DNA from: Bacteroidota bacterium | GTDB lineage: Bacteria; Bacteroidota; Bacteroidia; Chitinophagales; Saprospiraceae | Assembly: GCA_039208045.1 (NCBI GenBank) | Contig: JBCCRH010000025.1 | Location: forward strand, 1 to 25,642 | Length of the DNA stretch: 25,642 nucleotides | Direction of reading: 5' to 3' | Shown: piece by piece, positions 24,117 through 25,642 of the stretch | Layout of the letters: each line of letters opens with the position of its first letter | Position numbering within the stretch: position 1 is the stretch's first letter | Made by a program: the position numbers and the translations under genes | Notes under the pieces: model-generated | What the model was told of the DNA's origin: nothing | The model's input: the letters and a program-made list of their open reading frames with translations, nothing else | The model's database searches: none

Positions 24117-25364
24117 ATGTTTGATCGCGATAAATGGCAGGAAATTTTTGCGAGTTTGCAAAAGCATAAATTGCGCACAGGACTCACTGCGCTCGGTGTT
24201 TTTTGGGGCATTTTTATGTTAATATTTGTGCTGGGCATGGGCAAGGGATTGGAGAATGGTGTATTGAGAGGCTTTGGTAATCGAGCCAAAAATGTGATGT
24301 ATACCTGGACTTGGCGCACCTCGCTGCCTTACAAAGGATTTCAACCTGGGCGAATTCCTCGCCTTACACTCGATGATATCACTGCGATTAAAACTAGTAT
24401 TCCACAAGTAGAATATATCGCACCGCGAAAAACAATGGGCGCTTCTGTAATTGCCTACCGCGATAAGAGTGATCAGTACGAGATACGTGGCGAACTGGAT
24501 GATATGATTCGCATTGAGGCCTTGAAGGTATACGAGGGGCGCTACGTTAATGATACAGATATAGAAGAGGCGCGAAAAATAGCTGTGATTGGTTCGCGAG
24601 TAAAGGAAGTACTCTTTGGTAATGCAGACTGCATCGGTGAATATATTCGTGTACGGGGAGTGGAGTTTCGAGTGGTAGGTGTCTTTGGCCCTATGCAGAT
24701 CAAGCCTTGGACAGAAGAGGATATGCAGGCCGTCGTGATTCCACTGACTACCATGTACCGCACCTTTGGAACTCAGCAAACGGTTGATTACTTTGTTTGC
24801 TCTTCGGCACCTGATGTTATGGTAAGCGAGATTGAGCCCTTAGTGAGAGGCTTACTGAAAGAGCGCCATAATGTGGCACCTGATGACCCTCAGGGTATTG
24901 GTGGCTTCAACTTAGAAGAAGAATTTCAGACGCTCCGCTCTTTATTTACTGGGATTAATGGATTTTTATGGTTTGTAGGTATTGGAACGCTATTGGCAGG
25001 TATTGTGGGAGTGAGTAATATCATGCTCATTGTTGTAAAAGAGCGTACCAAAGAGATTGGCTTACGCAAAGCCCTAGGGGCTAGCCCTCAATCCATTATC
25101 AGTATGATTTTGACAGAATCGATATTTATCACATCGCTTTCTGGCTATTTGGGGCTTATCATCGGAACCTTGGTGATAGGAGGTATCAACTATATTATGA
25201 TGGCCAATGGTATCGAATCAGAGAATTTCTATAATCCACAAGTGAACATGACGATAGGGGTAGGGGCAGTGGTTTTATTAATTGTAGCAGGCACTATTGC
25301 AGGCTTTATTCCAGCGCTGCAAGCCGCCAAAGTAAATCCTGTGGTGGCATTAAAAGACGAGTAA
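24117..25364 (+). CDS. ABC transporter permease, FtsX/MacB-type (paralog 2).
   Basis: 415 aa. The N-terminus [35 protein letters not shown] is near-identical to paralog 1 ([35 protein letters not shown]). The C-terminus [25 protein letters not shown] matches. The periplasmic domains differ. Confidence 0.85.
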   Translation: [415 protein letters not shown]

Positions 25365-25391
25365 ATTAAAAATAAATAAATAAAAAAACAG

Positions 25392-25642
25392 ATGAACAAG
25401 GGTTGTCTAATCGGTCTTGGAGCCTTCCTCTTGATAGCCACAATTGGGCTCGGCTATTATTTCTATCAGCAACGCACCAAATCCACCGAAAATTTCGAAA
25501 CGGAAAAGCCCATTATTATGGACATTATCAAGAAGACCGTTGCGACAGGTTCTATCAAGCCACGGCAAGAAGTAATGATTAAGCCGCAGGTGTCTGGGGT
25601 AGTAGATAAGTTATTTGTCGAGGCAGGAGAGTTGGTGACTAA
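25392..25642 (+). CDS. Efflux RND/ABC periplasmic adaptor (HlyD/MacA-like membrane fusion protein). Partial: N-terminus only.
   Basis: The ATG at 25392 gives MNKGCLIGLGAFLLIATIGLGYYFYQQ (a membrane anchor) followed by ATGSIKPRQEVMIKPQVSGVVDKLFVEAGELV, the typical start of a biotinyl/lipoyl-like MFP domain. It is truncated by the window end. Confidence 0.7.
   Translation, partial: MNKGCLIGLGAFLLIATIGLGYYFYQQRTKSTENFETEKPIIMDIIKKTVATGSIKPRQEVMIKPQVSGVVDKLFVEAGELVT

Noticed and set aside
22850-24319. Minus-strand ORFs 22850..23101 and 24113..24319, which share the motif MPQKTPSAV...CHLSRSNI.
   Set aside because: They are antisense to the nearly identical 5' ends of the two FtsX paralogs, so the similarity just reflects the gene duplication.
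1-25642. Search for tRNA, rRNA, transposase, integrase and CRISPR features.
   Set aside because: I saw no tRNA-like GTTCGA/T-loop segments, rRNA-like conserved blocks, DDE or tyrosine-recombinase motifs, or spacer-repeat arrays on either strand. I am not calling a mobile element on content grounds, only noting repeat structures.

Overview
This 25.6-kb window looks like a chromosomal segment from a member of Bacteroidota. That is an inference from TAnnTTTG-type -7 boxes, Cys-Asp-Asp-Asp-Asp lipoprotein N-termini, a TonB/HTTM/imelysin cluster and duplicated FtsX permeases. Most of the window is coding, and I find no rRNA, tRNA, CRISPR array, transposase or integrase. From left to right the genes are: a translationally coupled murein-peptide recycling pair (S66 LD-carboxypeptidase and L-Ala-D/L-Glu epimerase, partial); topoisomerase IV subunit A (parC); a small VOC/glyoxalase-fold protein; an orphan lipoprotein gene bracketed by inverted arrays of a degenerate 8-bp repeat; a YitT-family membrane protein; a flotillin (SPFH) plus NfeD/YqiJ pair; a comEC/comEA-like operon; a four-gene operon on the minus strand (DUF4856-like lipoprotein, imelysin-like lipoprotein, HTTM domain protein, TonB-dependent receptor); an NrtR-like Nudix-related regulator; another lipoprotein; and a MacAB-like ABC efflux cluster (ATPase, two paralogous FtsX permeases, partial HlyD adaptor). 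Several structured non-coding elements stand out: a perfect 43-bp palindrome in the ldcA/parC divergent region, the inverted octamer arrays around the lipoprotein gene, and a compound palindromic element with a 12-bp flanking direct repeat between the TonB receptor gene and comEC. The best candidates for something not well described are the octamer-array-bracketed lipoprotein cassette and the HTTM/imelysin/DUF4856/TonB operon.
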